This document shows positions 45,770-54,558 of a stretch of 64,000 bases of DNA, in pieces. The stretch covers positions 7,197 to 71,196 of the forward strand of contig CAZQIF010000002.1 in NCBI GenBank assembly GCA_964593375.1, in the 5' to 3' direction. The notes beneath the pieces were generated by a model. The model made no database searches, was not told the DNA's origin, and worked only from the letters and a program-made list of their open reading frames with translations. Made by a program: the position numbers and the translations under genes. Source of the DNA: an uncultured Candidatus Saccharibacteria bacterium. GTDB lineage: Bacteria > Patescibacteriota > Minisyncoccia > Phycocordibacterales > UBA918. The first letter of the stretch is position 1. Every line of letters starts with the position of its first letter.

Positions 45770-46615
45770 TTATATATTCCACTCTTTTCGCATGTCACGC
45801 CCAAGTAGGGTACTCAATTGTGCAACATCGGCTCTAAAGTACTCCGCGAGAGCTTCCCTATTATATGGCTTACTTTCTTTATTTTTTGGGGACTCTTTTG
45901 TGTTCACGGAGCGAATCATATCTGGAATACCAAGCTTACGTACAAAATGAACAAACCGATCAAATCCGTGGCGACGGAGGAATTCTGCAATATGATGCAT
46001 TGCGCGTTCTGGCCCGATGAGTTTTGGCGTACGCGCAACATTGATTTCATCATTCACCATGCTCGAGACAAATGTGTCATCAACTCCTAAAAATTCATAG
46101 ATGCGCTTCATGAACGCTATGGGGTCTTTCCTGATATCTTCGTAGATAAGTATGAGCATTTGTTCCCGCGGGAATATTTTGAGATACCTCTCAAGTTGTT
46201 CTGTATAGAGCCCTTGTTTTCTCACACTCACTTCATCGCTCATGTATGTTTCGAATGAAACCGTTTCAGAAATATCACCCGCTTTAATGGTGTTTCGATA
46301 TTGTGAGTATGCACGGTCAATGGGGTTTCGTAGTATTGCAATAAGTTTTGCATTCGGGTAGCACGCATGTATGCGCTCAGGGGATTCTTCCGAATACAAG
46401 TATGAGGTTGAAAATTCTCCTCGAAGCAGACCTTCTTCACACTTCTTAAAATGTCCTTCGTACCACTCCTTTCCCTCCTCATACCTCGGTCGACTAAAAA
46501 AATGGATTTCTTTTACCGGTGCACAGATTTCTGGATGCTCATACAAACACGCATACGCCCATGACGTTCCTGACTTTTGTGCACCTACCCCGATGAAATC
46601 TACCATAGTAATCAA
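45770..46615 (-). CDS. PAPS-dependent sulfotransferase family protein
   Basis: FIGVGAQKSGTSW (5'-PSB loop, compare PKSGTTW) and AILRNPIDRAYSQY (3'-PB motif RNPxDRxxS). It is 281 aa. Confidence 0.75.
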   Translation of the reverse strand: MITMVDFIGVGAQKSGTSWAYACLYEHPEICAPVKEIHFFSRPRYEEGKEWYEGHFKKCEEGLLRGEFSTSYLYSEESPERIHACYPNAKLIAILRNPIDRAYSQYRNTIKAGDISETVSFETYMSDEVSVRKQGLYTEQLERYLKIFPREQMLILIYEDIRKDPIAFMKRIYEFLGVDDTFVSSMVNDEINVARTPKLIGPERAMHHIAEFLRRHGFDRFVHFVRKLGIPDMIRSVNTKESPKNKESKPYNREALAEYFRADVAQLSTLLGRDMRKEWNI

Positions 46616-46633
46616 TTTATCATATTAAACTTA

Positions 46634-46912
46634 CTAATTCCTTTTTGGTCTCGTCGTAAATCCGGTGAAATACGATTTGAGCCTTTTTTGAATAAACTGA
46701 CGGCCACGATATGTTTTGAAATACTTCTCTCGATGTATGGCATCATTCTCTTTTAAACATGCCTCATAGTAGATAAGTTGAAGTGGCCGTCGATTCATTG
46801 TTGATTCTACCCTACCTTTCTCATGTTCCTCAAATCGTCGAGCAAGGTCGTTGGTGTATCCATAGTAGAATTGATTGTCTTTTTTACTCTTGAGCACGTA
46901 CGTATAGAACAT
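46634..46912 (-). CDS. Stand-alone GIY-YIG nuclease-domain mini-protein
   Basis: FYTYVLKSKKDNQFYYGYTNDLARRFEEHEKG... has the GIY-YIG motif with conserved Arg/Glu/His. It is 92 aa. Confidence 0.8.
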   Translation of the reverse strand: MFYTYVLKSKKDNQFYYGYTNDLARRFEEHEKGRVESTMNRRPLQLIYYEACLKENDAIHREKYFKTYRGRQFIQKRLKSYFTGFTTRPKRN

Positions 46913-46959
46913 ATTTGAAAGACCTTGCTATTTCACTGGGCAGGCCCCAATAAAATCTA

Positions 46960-47970
46960 TCATGCTCTAAATTGCGTAACTAATTCTGTAACTAATTTTT
47001 TAAGCGAGTGTTGTTCCTCCACCATACGCTCAAGTTGCTTCCTGTATTCGTCTTTTTTTTCTGCGGGCATTTCACAGAGCGCCCGAATCTGTTTTGCAAT
47101 TCCTTCCTCAGTAACATCTCTGAGGAGACATTCTGTAGGAATACATGCCTCAAATGATTTGTTTGCAACAAGCACGAGTGCCCCGCACGATGCAGCCTCA
47201 AGAACAGTTTTATCCATACTCCCTTCTGGTGTTAGATTAACATACACATCAAACGCACTGTAGATGCTTGGTGTTTCGTAATTTGGTACGGCTCTGTGAA
47301 AATGCACATTCGCCTCTGAAAGTGCCTCAAGCTTTTTTTGATACCCTCCTGCGTCATCAGACTCATCACCGTACACATGCATTTCATAGTTGGGTAAAAA
47401 CTGACTCGCGCTCACAAATAGTTCTGGACGCTTCACGGTTGAAATTCTTCCGAGGAATAACACTGAACGTTCTTTTCTCTCTACCCCAACTTGAGGTTGA
47501 AACATCAGAGTATTGATACCAACCGGCATTTGCATCGCGTGCGAGAACACACGAGTGCATGCAAACGGTGATGTATAAAAAACACGCTCCGCAAAAAATG
47601 CCGCGATGCGTGTCATGAAGTTCATTTTCGCGTGGTTTCTCCAAAAGTACATGCGCTTCCCCTTGAGGAACCAGAACCAACCCGCAAGCACGATGTAGTG
47701 CGGGTTCATATGTGAAAACACCACGTCGTGACTATTACGCAATTTCCACACGTACGAAAACAATCGCCACAGATACCGAGCGTAGTTAACACCCTTTTCT
47801 TTCCCGAGCGAGTGCACACTCACATTTTCTGGGAGTTCATGTATCCCCTGTCGTAAGCAGATGACATGAATGTGTTCAAAATGCTTTGAGAGTTCAAGAA
47901 GCCACCCATGGAAGAACCCGAGTATGGGATCATCTCTGTCGACGGTTTGGGTAGTAATGAGTAATCTCAT
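46960..47970 (-). CDS. Glycosyltransferase (GT-B, GT4-like)
   Basis: 336 aa. ...VLFLGRISTVKRPE...GSMDKTVLEAASCGALVLVAN is a GT4-type C-domain. Confidence 0.7.
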   Translation of the reverse strand: MRLLITTQTVDRDDPILGFFHGWLLELSKHFEHIHVICLRQGIHELPENVSVHSLGKEKGVNYARYLWRLFSYVWKLRNSHDVVFSHMNPHYIVLAGWFWFLKGKRMYFWRNHAKMNFMTRIAAFFAERVFYTSPFACTRVFSHAMQMPVGINTLMFQPQVGVERKERSVLFLGRISTVKRPELFVSASQFLPNYEMHVYGDESDDAGGYQKKLEALSEANVHFHRAVPNYETPSIYSAFDVYVNLTPEGSMDKTVLEAASCGALVLVANKSFEACIPTECLLRDVTEEGIAKQIRALCEMPAEKKDEYRKQLERMVEEQHSLKKLVTELVTQFRA

Positions 47971-48022
47971 GAAAGGGTTATAGCATAATCACTTCGTAGG
48001 TCTCAGTGATTATATACCCTAT

Positions 48023-49435
48023 TTAGGCACTAAAAGTAACGCCGCGCAGAATGCTCTCTCCGTACGCACGGAGGTATGCCCCGAAATCCTGCTTAACACG
48101 TTCAAAAACAATTTGCTCTGCACTCGAACTAAACTCCGCACGTAGTAGGTTTTGATTCAGAAAGACATTAACTTTTTCGCTGAGACAAAGTGGATTGTTG
48201 TGGGAACAAATAAATGCTGAAATCCCGTCAAGAAAAAGTTCGCCGGCAATACTTTCCTGACTTGCAATCATTGGTAACTTTGCTGCAGCAGCCTGTAAAA
48301 TGAATTCATCTTCTTGGATGTCTTCGGAAAGATGGATGAGCACATTTGCCGACTTCATGTGGGACACCACTTCGTTCGGCATTGGTTCAAATAGAATCTG
48401 ATTTTGAAGCCCCATCCCGAGAACCTGCTTTTCATACGCGTCGCGGAGTGGCCCGCTCCCAACCACAATGAGACCAATTGATGGATACTGCCTCAGTATA
48501 TTTTGAAGACCACCGAGGACTTCACTCGTATGTGAACGATTCGTCATATGTGAGACATGGAGCATGATGAAATTGAACTGTGGGTATCTCGTATGGAGGT
48601 TCAGGGTCGGCACGAAATCACGCCACGCACTCAGATTGTGGTACATCGGCAAAACTTCGGTGTATGGTTCGAGATCGGGGTACTTTGCAATTACCCTATC
48701 ACGGAGTGATTCTGTTTTGGTGCGCACACAATCAACTCGAGCAAGGCTTAGTCCTGCCATAAGAAGGCGATATACATTGTTATGATCTACTTGTTTAAAC
48801 GCTGGATCATATAAATCTTCATGTAAGTGAATCTGAAACGGTCGTTTATACTTTTCTGCGAGGTAGTACGCAGCAACCCCAGATTCAAATGGGTCCTCTG
48901 CCACAATGAGGTCTGCACGAAATCCTTGTGCAAATGCGAGCTGTTCCTTTCCTATACGATACGCATCAAATCCAGTCTTCCACCAATAGTTTGAGTGGGT
49001 CGGATACATCCACACATTATTTCCAAGTCGCATCGTAACCCGGGTGCCCTCTCCTCGCAAGGAGAGAATAATGACGTGTATTTCTGCAAACATCGAGGAA
49101 AGTTCGTAGAGCCGACGTTGTGAAAGGCTATTTGCGTCAAGCATGGTTACATCGCGTGAAAGTATGAGGAGTCTGAGTTGTTCACGCTCCGAGGTGTAGC
49201 GAAGGACGGGCTCACTCATTAGTGCTTTTCGCACATCAACACGACTCTCTCCTATTTGACTACGATTCTCGTCTTCTGTACGTACATCCTGTAGCAAATC
49301 CCCGTGATCAAGTTTTTCTTTCGATTTAAGCACAGCATCAAGGGCATCGGCAGCGTGCACTGCAGGATCAAGTGATGGGAGATCACCATACATGTTAGGA
49401 CCTTTTGCCATATGAATATTATACCGCCTCTTCAC
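48023..49435 (-). CDS. Glycosyltransferase family 4 with N-terminal extension
   Basis: 470 aa. ...LIVVGSGPLRDAYEKQV... shows the GT4 C-domain pattern. It overlaps the next gene by 17 nt. Confidence 0.7.
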   Translation of the reverse strand: MKRRYNIHMAKGPNMYGDLPSLDPAVHAADALDAVLKSKEKLDHGDLLQDVRTEDENRSQIGESRVDVRKALMSEPVLRYTSEREQLRLLILSRDVTMLDANSLSQRRLYELSSMFAEIHVIILSLRGEGTRVTMRLGNNVWMYPTHSNYWWKTGFDAYRIGKEQLAFAQGFRADLIVAEDPFESGVAAYYLAEKYKRPFQIHLHEDLYDPAFKQVDHNNVYRLLMAGLSLARVDCVRTKTESLRDRVIAKYPDLEPYTEVLPMYHNLSAWRDFVPTLNLHTRYPQFNFIMLHVSHMTNRSHTSEVLGGLQNILRQYPSIGLIVVGSGPLRDAYEKQVLGMGLQNQILFEPMPNEVVSHMKSANVLIHLSEDIQEDEFILQAAAAKLPMIASQESIAGELFLDGISAFICSHNNPLCLSEKVNVFLNQNLLRAEFSSSAEQIVFERVKQDFGAYLRAYGESILRGVTFSA

Positions 49436-50546
49436 CCAAAGAAAGAGAAGCTACCCACGTTTGTGCATAGCTATCTCCAGTGACCTCTCCTAGTTTTTGT
49501 GCAGTTGCTCTACCTGCCCTGCTACATGATTCACGAAAAGTGCGCTCAGTAATCATGCGTTCCATCCCGCGTACAAATGCATCTTCACCCTGAACGGGCA
49601 CCACAATGCCGTGCATGCCGTCTTTTACAACTTCTCCAACACACCCCACGTCGGTCGTAATGAGCGGGAGTCCCACTGCCATTGCTTCAACAAGAGTAAG
49701 ACCGTACGCTTCGTGATCTGACGCAGAGAGAAAAACATCTGCATTCTGCATTTCAGTTTCAACCGATTCAGTCCACGGGATGATAATAACTTTTGACGTT
49801 ATTCCGAGTTCAGTGATGAGGGAACGAATTTTTTGTTCTTCACTCCCCTTACCCACAATGCGTAACTGAACATTCGGATATAATGCAGAAATTTTTGCAA
49901 ACGCACGGAGCATGAGCGGAATATTTTTTTCTGGCGCAAACCGACTTGCAATCAAAAATACAAACGGGTCGTGGTCGTGAACGGTATGCGGTGCATGGAG
50001 AAATGTCTCGAGCTCAGGACGAATCGGTAGAACGGTGATGCGCGCTTCATCAATACCCCAGAGAATGTGCGAACGCTTGATGCGTTCTGAGACAACACGG
50101 ATTCCTTGTGCACGCCCAAGGATGAAGCGCGCGTACCAAAGACGAAACCGTCGTAGGAGTGATGTTCCCTTCCAGTACGGCGAACCAAAATAATCACCGT
50201 GTATCTGGATATGCAGTCGTGTGTTTTTATACAATGAAAGAAGATATGAGACAAATCCCATTTCAAACGGATCTTGTGACGAAACAACTATTGGTGTGTT
50301 TTGCTTTTTAATAATGTTCCGAGCGATGAGAAATGCATCAAAAAGCATGCCCACTCTTGTTTTTGAATTAGTTGGATACAAGTGCAAATTGCCTTCGTGC
50401 TTTTCTTCATTGAATCCATGTTCCTTTCGCGTAAGTACCACGATGTGGAATTGATCAAGATAGGTTGCATACCCATGCATGCGCTCACGCTCACGACTTT
50501 TCGCTTCTAAAATATTTCTTCCAATACTGAGGGTGAGTACATTCAT
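49419..50546 (-). CDS. Glycosyltransferase family 4
   Basis: ...LRIVGKGSEEQKIRSL...EAYGLTLVEAMAVGLPLITTDVGCVGEVVKDGMHGIVVP is the GT4 EX7E motif. It is 375 aa. Confidence 0.8.
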   Translation of the reverse strand: MNVLTLSIGRNILEAKSRERERMHGYATYLDQFHIVVLTRKEHGFNEEKHEGNLHLYPTNSKTRVGMLFDAFLIARNIIKKQNTPIVVSSQDPFEMGFVSYLLSLYKNTRLHIQIHGDYFGSPYWKGTSLLRRFRLWYARFILGRAQGIRVVSERIKRSHILWGIDEARITVLPIRPELETFLHAPHTVHDHDPFVFLIASRFAPEKNIPLMLRAFAKISALYPNVQLRIVGKGSEEQKIRSLITELGITSKVIIIPWTESVETEMQNADVFLSASDHEAYGLTLVEAMAVGLPLITTDVGCVGEVVKDGMHGIVVPVQGEDAFVRGMERMITERTFRESCSRAGRATAQKLGEVTGDSYAQTWVASLSLGEEAV

Positions 50547-51688
50547 ATTCGTGATAGTAATTGCACAAATTCCCGACTCACAATATCTTCATGGAACATT
50601 GCCACCTTGTTAAGCGCATTGTTTGTGAGTAGGTTGCAGAGCGATGCATCATCATGGAGTGTCATGATTGCCTCCATAATTTTTTCCGTATCGTTAAATG
50701 GAACGAGGAGCCCCTGCTCTCTGTGGGCAATGAGTTCTGGGTTACCACCAACGGGCGTTGTAACAATCGGCGTTCCTAAACTCATCACTTCAATCAGCTG
50801 GTGAGAGAGGCCTTCGTATGAGGTGTTGAGCACAAAGACGTCAGCCGCGCGAATATGCTTTCCAAGCTCTGCCCGTTCTACAACACCTCTAAAGTGCACA
50901 AAACTGGAAGCTTCTTTTGATGCAACATATGCGGTAAGAGAATCAAGAAGTGCCCCTTCCCCAAAAATCTGGAGCGTCACCAGAAGTCCTTTGGCCCGTA
51001 AGTTCACTACTACATCAATGAGTGCTTGTATCCCTTTCCATGGCACAAGTCGCGCAATGGTGACGACCACAAACTCTTCATACCCGAGCTCGGTGCGGAG
51101 TGTCTCTCTTGACCCGGGAACATCAATAACTTTAAGAGCACTATAAATGCGTGAAATTTTACGCTCATCAATTCCCCACTGCATCACAACCTTCCGCATG
51201 TATTCGCTCGGCACAATAATTTTTGCTGCACGCTTCGCCACGCGATATTGAATCCACGCAAGTACTTTCACTTTCCATGAGCGCTTTTTTGATACCAAAT
51301 ATTCGTCGAGTGTCAGAGTAACCCCAAATCGCTGTTGACCTTGTTCCCATGCGTAGTCACCCGGTACGCGAAGGAGGAGTGGTTTTCTGAGAATTAAACT
51401 TGCTATAAGTGCCGGAAGTCCAACACTCACCGTATCGAGCGCATAGAGTACATCGTGAGTTCGCCCCATACGTATGAGCGCGAGCGTGTACATACAATGT
51501 CGCAAAATTTTCGGATACTTTGCTACGATGCGATACGGCACCACACTAAAACCAACACCATGGAGTGGTAGGTGTTTTTCAAGAAAAGCCGTATACGTGG
51601 CCGGCCCACCCATTTGGGGCGGATACAGCCCGGTGGCAATGAGGAGCCTATTTTCATCAACTTTTTGTGTGCGGTCATATCTTCGCAT
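50543..51688 (-). CDS. Glycosyltransferase family 4
   Basis: ...LQIFGEGAL...EGLSHQLIEVMSLGTPIVTTPVGGNPELIAHREQGLLVP. It is 381 aa. It overlaps its neighbour by 4 nt. Confidence 0.8.
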   Translation of the reverse strand: MRRYDRTQKVDENRLLIATGLYPPQMGGPATYTAFLEKHLPLHGVGFSVVPYRIVAKYPKILRHCMYTLALIRMGRTHDVLYALDTVSVGLPALIASLILRKPLLLRVPGDYAWEQGQQRFGVTLTLDEYLVSKKRSWKVKVLAWIQYRVAKRAAKIIVPSEYMRKVVMQWGIDERKISRIYSALKVIDVPGSRETLRTELGYEEFVVVTIARLVPWKGIQALIDVVVNLRAKGLLVTLQIFGEGALLDSLTAYVASKEASSFVHFRGVVERAELGKHIRAADVFVLNTSYEGLSHQLIEVMSLGTPIVTTPVGGNPELIAHREQGLLVPFNDTEKIMEAIMTLHDDASLCNLLTNNALNKVAMFHEDIVSREFVQLLSRI

Positions 51689-51766
51689 GCCCCTACTCTA
51701 ACAAATTAAACAGCCTTCTGGATGCACACACCTGTACATGAGCCAAACCTGCGCTATAGTTGTGGT

Positions 51767-52798
51767 ATGGACCAAAAACACGGATATTTCGTCATATCGC
51801 TCGATTTTGAGCTCTTCTGGGGCATGTTTGATAAGTATTCGCTCCCCGAATACGGCCCACGAGTGCAGGGCGAACAAACCGCCATTCCCCGTATGCTTGA
51901 GCTTTTTAAGAAGTACGACATCCATGCGACGTGGGCGACCGTCGGTATGCTCATGGCACGTAACAAAGAAGAACTTCTTTCGCTTCTCCCTCCCTCAGAA
52001 CTTCGGCCATCGTATGAGGACATGCGCGTGTCGGCGTATGAGTACATCAAAACAGCAAACCTGCCTGCGTCCGCAGGACAGGCAGGCCTCGGAGAGGATG
52101 AAAAATCTGACCCCTACCATTTCGGGTCATCACTTGTACAAAAAATCAAAGCAACTCCCCATCAAGAAATTGCAAACCACACCTTTTCACACTACTACTG
52201 TATCGACGGTCATGAGAACCGAGCAGAAATTTTTGGAGCGGACCTCGATGCGCATCGCAAGGTTGGAGATACGTATGGCATCACCACCGAGTCAATGGTA
52301 TTTCCAAGAAATCAGATGAACGATGACGCACTTCGAGTGTGTGCACAAAAAGGAATTCGTGCGTACCGCGGAAATGAAGATCACGTGCTCTACCGCCCAC
52401 GAAAAGATTCTGAACAATCGTATTTCATTCGTGCATTTCGATTACTTGACCACTACATAAATATAAGTGGACACCATACGTATCCGCTGACAAACGTCGG
52501 ACCTGAAGGCCTCATCAATATTCACGCGAGCCGTTTTTTGCGACCGTGGAATTCCCTACTTAAACACCTCGAGTCACTCCGTATGCGACGTATAAAAAAC
52601 AGCATGACACATGCTGCAAAAAAGGGCGAAGTATTTCATCTCTGGTGGCACCCGCATAACTTTGGTCTGAACCAAGAAGAAAATTTTAGAAACCTTGAAG
52701 GAATTCTCACGCACTACGCATATCTAAAATCAGTATACGGCTTTGAAAGCGCCTCAATGCGCGATATTTCTAAATTCGTTTTCGAACAAGCTGTTTAA
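51767..52798 (+). CDS. Polysaccharide deacetylase-like (CE4) protein
   Basis: The start was chosen at MDQKHGYFVISLDFELFWG. HATWATVGM and ANHTFSHYY are NodB-like His motifs. Confidence 0.55.
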   Translation: MDQKHGYFVISLDFELFWGMFDKYSLPEYGPRVQGEQTAIPRMLELFKKYDIHATWATVGMLMARNKEELLSLLPPSELRPSYEDMRVSAYEYIKTANLPASAGQAGLGEDEKSDPYHFGSSLVQKIKATPHQEIANHTFSHYYCIDGHENRAEIFGADLDAHRKVGDTYGITTESMVFPRNQMNDDALRVCAQKGIRAYRGNEDHVLYRPRKDSEQSYFIRAFRLLDHYINISGHHTYPLTNVGPEGLINIHASRFLRPWNSLLKHLESLRMRRIKNSMTHAAKKGEVFHLWWHPHNFGLNQEENFRNLEGILTHYAYLKSVYGFESASMRDISKFVFEQAV

Positions 52799-53570
52799 GA
52801 CTCTTTGGAAGCGAAATACCAAACATCCGCAGTGTTCGATTTACCCACTTCCCCACAAATACAATTGACACTGATATGCGACTATCGAACCAGTGTTTTT
52901 TGATAGTCTCATGGATATTGGGAAGCGTACCAAAAAAACGTGCGTGCTCAGATGAAATTACGTACGCACCCGTTTTAAGTTTTTGGGTAATTGCCGACTC
53001 GGTGAACGTATCAACTGAAAGTGTGACAATCGGCGCACCAAAGTGTTCCTTCCGGTGAAAATCAACACCACCGGTTGCGAGAAGTGTTGGCTTTTTTGCT
53101 CGAAGCTTTTCGAGCAATCTGAGTGAGCGCGTACGAGGTACGCGCTTTCCGTCATACTGTTGGTTCCACACCTCAAGTGCATCGATTTGTTCCAGTAAGC
53201 CGTCTTCAACTGAAAATGCGTTTCGGACCGGATGCGCCAATACCACAAACGATGCTTTGCGCGTAGAGAGATGGAGTGCCGGAAGTTCAGGTGCGTAGCT
53301 TCCAAAAAACTCGCGCATTCCCACGAGCAAAATATGTGTTCGCCGATACGGAATTTCAAACCCCGGAATAAACATGAATGTATCGTCCGATAACCTTTCA
53401 CACTCCTCAACAAATATTCGTGCACGCTCCTTTGTGAGCTCATCGGTATGTTCGGTCATGCAAGCAACACTCACCCCGTTTTGTTGAAGGAGCGACTTTA
53501 ACTCAGGAAGCGATAACTTCGCATCATACGAATAAGTCGAATGTGTATGCAGTATTGCTTTTACCTCCAT
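52770..53570 (-). CDS. PHP-domain metal-dependent phosphoesterase
   Basis: The start was chosen at MEVKAILHTHSTYSYDA (PHP motif I). ...ACMTEHTDE... is motif II-like. It could be a CpsB/Wzb-like or nucleotide-sugar phosphatase. The function is not resolved. Confidence 0.55.
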   Translation of the reverse strand: MEVKAILHTHSTYSYDAKLSLPELKSLLQQNGVSVACMTEHTDELTKERARIFVEECERLSDDTFMFIPGFEIPYRRTHILLVGMREFFGSYAPELPALHLSTRKASFVVLAHPVRNAFSVEDGLLEQIDALEVWNQQYDGKRVPRTRSLRLLEKLRAKKPTLLATGGVDFHRKEHFGAPIVTLSVDTFTESAITQKLKTGAYVISSEHARFFGTLPNIHETIKKHWFDSRISVSIVFVGKWVNRTLRMFGISLPKSLKQLVRKRI

Positions 53571-53817
53571 ATTATTGAATATATACGATACACTATTTTC
53601 TACCCTACTCATAATAAATCAAGCTACTTTGATTATTCAACTACTACCGGCTAGAAGCCGGTAGAATGGACTCGAGTTGAAACCCGAAATAAACGAACGA
53701 CGAAACGTACATGTGCGACATATACTCTTTGTACAAGCAGGTTAACAGGGTTCCTTTTGGATCTTGAAAGGATCGCCTGAAGGCGAGGGATTAGAACCCA
53801 AAGATTGATATTCATAA

Positions 53818-53855
53818 TTACCTTTATCTCATGCTATAGCATGAGATAAAGGTAA
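53818..53855. repeat. Perfect 38-bp palindrome (17-bp arms, tata centre) abutting the stop codon of the wHTH/Cas2-like gene; homolog of 54449..54487
   Basis: ttacctttatctcatgc-tata-gcatgagataaaggtaa. Confidence 0.6.
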
Positions 53856-54437
53856 TTATGTTAATTCAAATTTTTTCTTTAATTCAACATCTTTCCCTGT
53901 TGTGGACACCGTCATGTATAACACTTCTTTATCAAGAAAATTTGCCGTTTTAATAAGATCAATTACTTCCTCTACATCATATGGATATACCCAAACGCTA
54001 TCTTGCAGTCGCACGAAACCGACCTGTTGGAGAAGGAGACGAAGTTGTTCCCTACTTCTTTTTCGCTCCTCACCGACATCAAACGAAACAATTCTCCATT
54101 TTTTATCCCACTTCTCTGTAGGGGGTGGATAGGTTCCATATTCAATCAAATGGAGCCTTCGTGCACCTTCTTTTGATAACCTGAATTGCCCATTTTTTGC
54201 TTTTTTAATGAGTCCTTTTCGCTCAAGACGAGTGATGGCCTCAGTAACAACATACTTCGGATTTTTCTTGCGTCTTCGTTCTTTATCAAAATACGCAATC
54301 ATTTGTAATGCATTCGGTGCAAGAACTGCAACGGTAACGACACCGAGAACTCCCAGAACTGCGAGTGACTTTAAAATGACGCCCTCAATATTTACTCTAC
54401 TGCCTGATCGAAACTTTTCAATTTCAAATTGTTTCAT
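53856..54437 (-). CDS. Membrane-anchored winged-helix protein with C-terminal Cas2/VapD-like (ferredoxin-fold) domain
   Basis: N-terminal TM (ILKSLAVLGVLGVVTVAVLAP). A wHTH-like segment follows (VTEAITRLERKGLIKKAKNGQFRLSKEGARRL). The C-terminus KKWRIVSFDVGEERKRSREQLRLLLQQVGFVRLQDSVWVYPYD...EVLYMTVST follows the Cas2 pattern (Y/FDV...RRRxxLxKxLxxYGxRVQxSVF). This is a sequence-pattern inference only. Confidence 0.45.
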   Translation of the reverse strand: MKQFEIEKFRSGSRVNIEGVILKSLAVLGVLGVVTVAVLAPNALQMIAYFDKERRRKKNPKYVVTEAITRLERKGLIKKAKNGQFRLSKEGARRLHLIEYGTYPPPTEKWDKKWRIVSFDVGEERKRSREQLRLLLQQVGFVRLQDSVWVYPYDVEEVIDLIKTANFLDKEVLYMTVSTTGKDVELKKKFELT

Positions 54438-54448
54438 AGATTATTGAG

Positions 54449-54487
54449 TTTACCTTTATACTCTGCTATAGCAGAGTATAAAGGTAA
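54449..54487. repeat. Perfect 38-bp palindrome 11 nt upstream of the wHTH/Cas2-like gene start; differs from 53818..53855 only by four compensated positions per arm
   Basis: ttacctttatactctgc-tata-gcagagtataaaggtaa. Confidence 0.6.
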
Positions 54488-54558
54488 TATTCTATTAGAC
54501 AAGTCAATTGGACAGAAACGTGTGTGTAATTGATTGCGTTTCCACACGAAAACACAAT

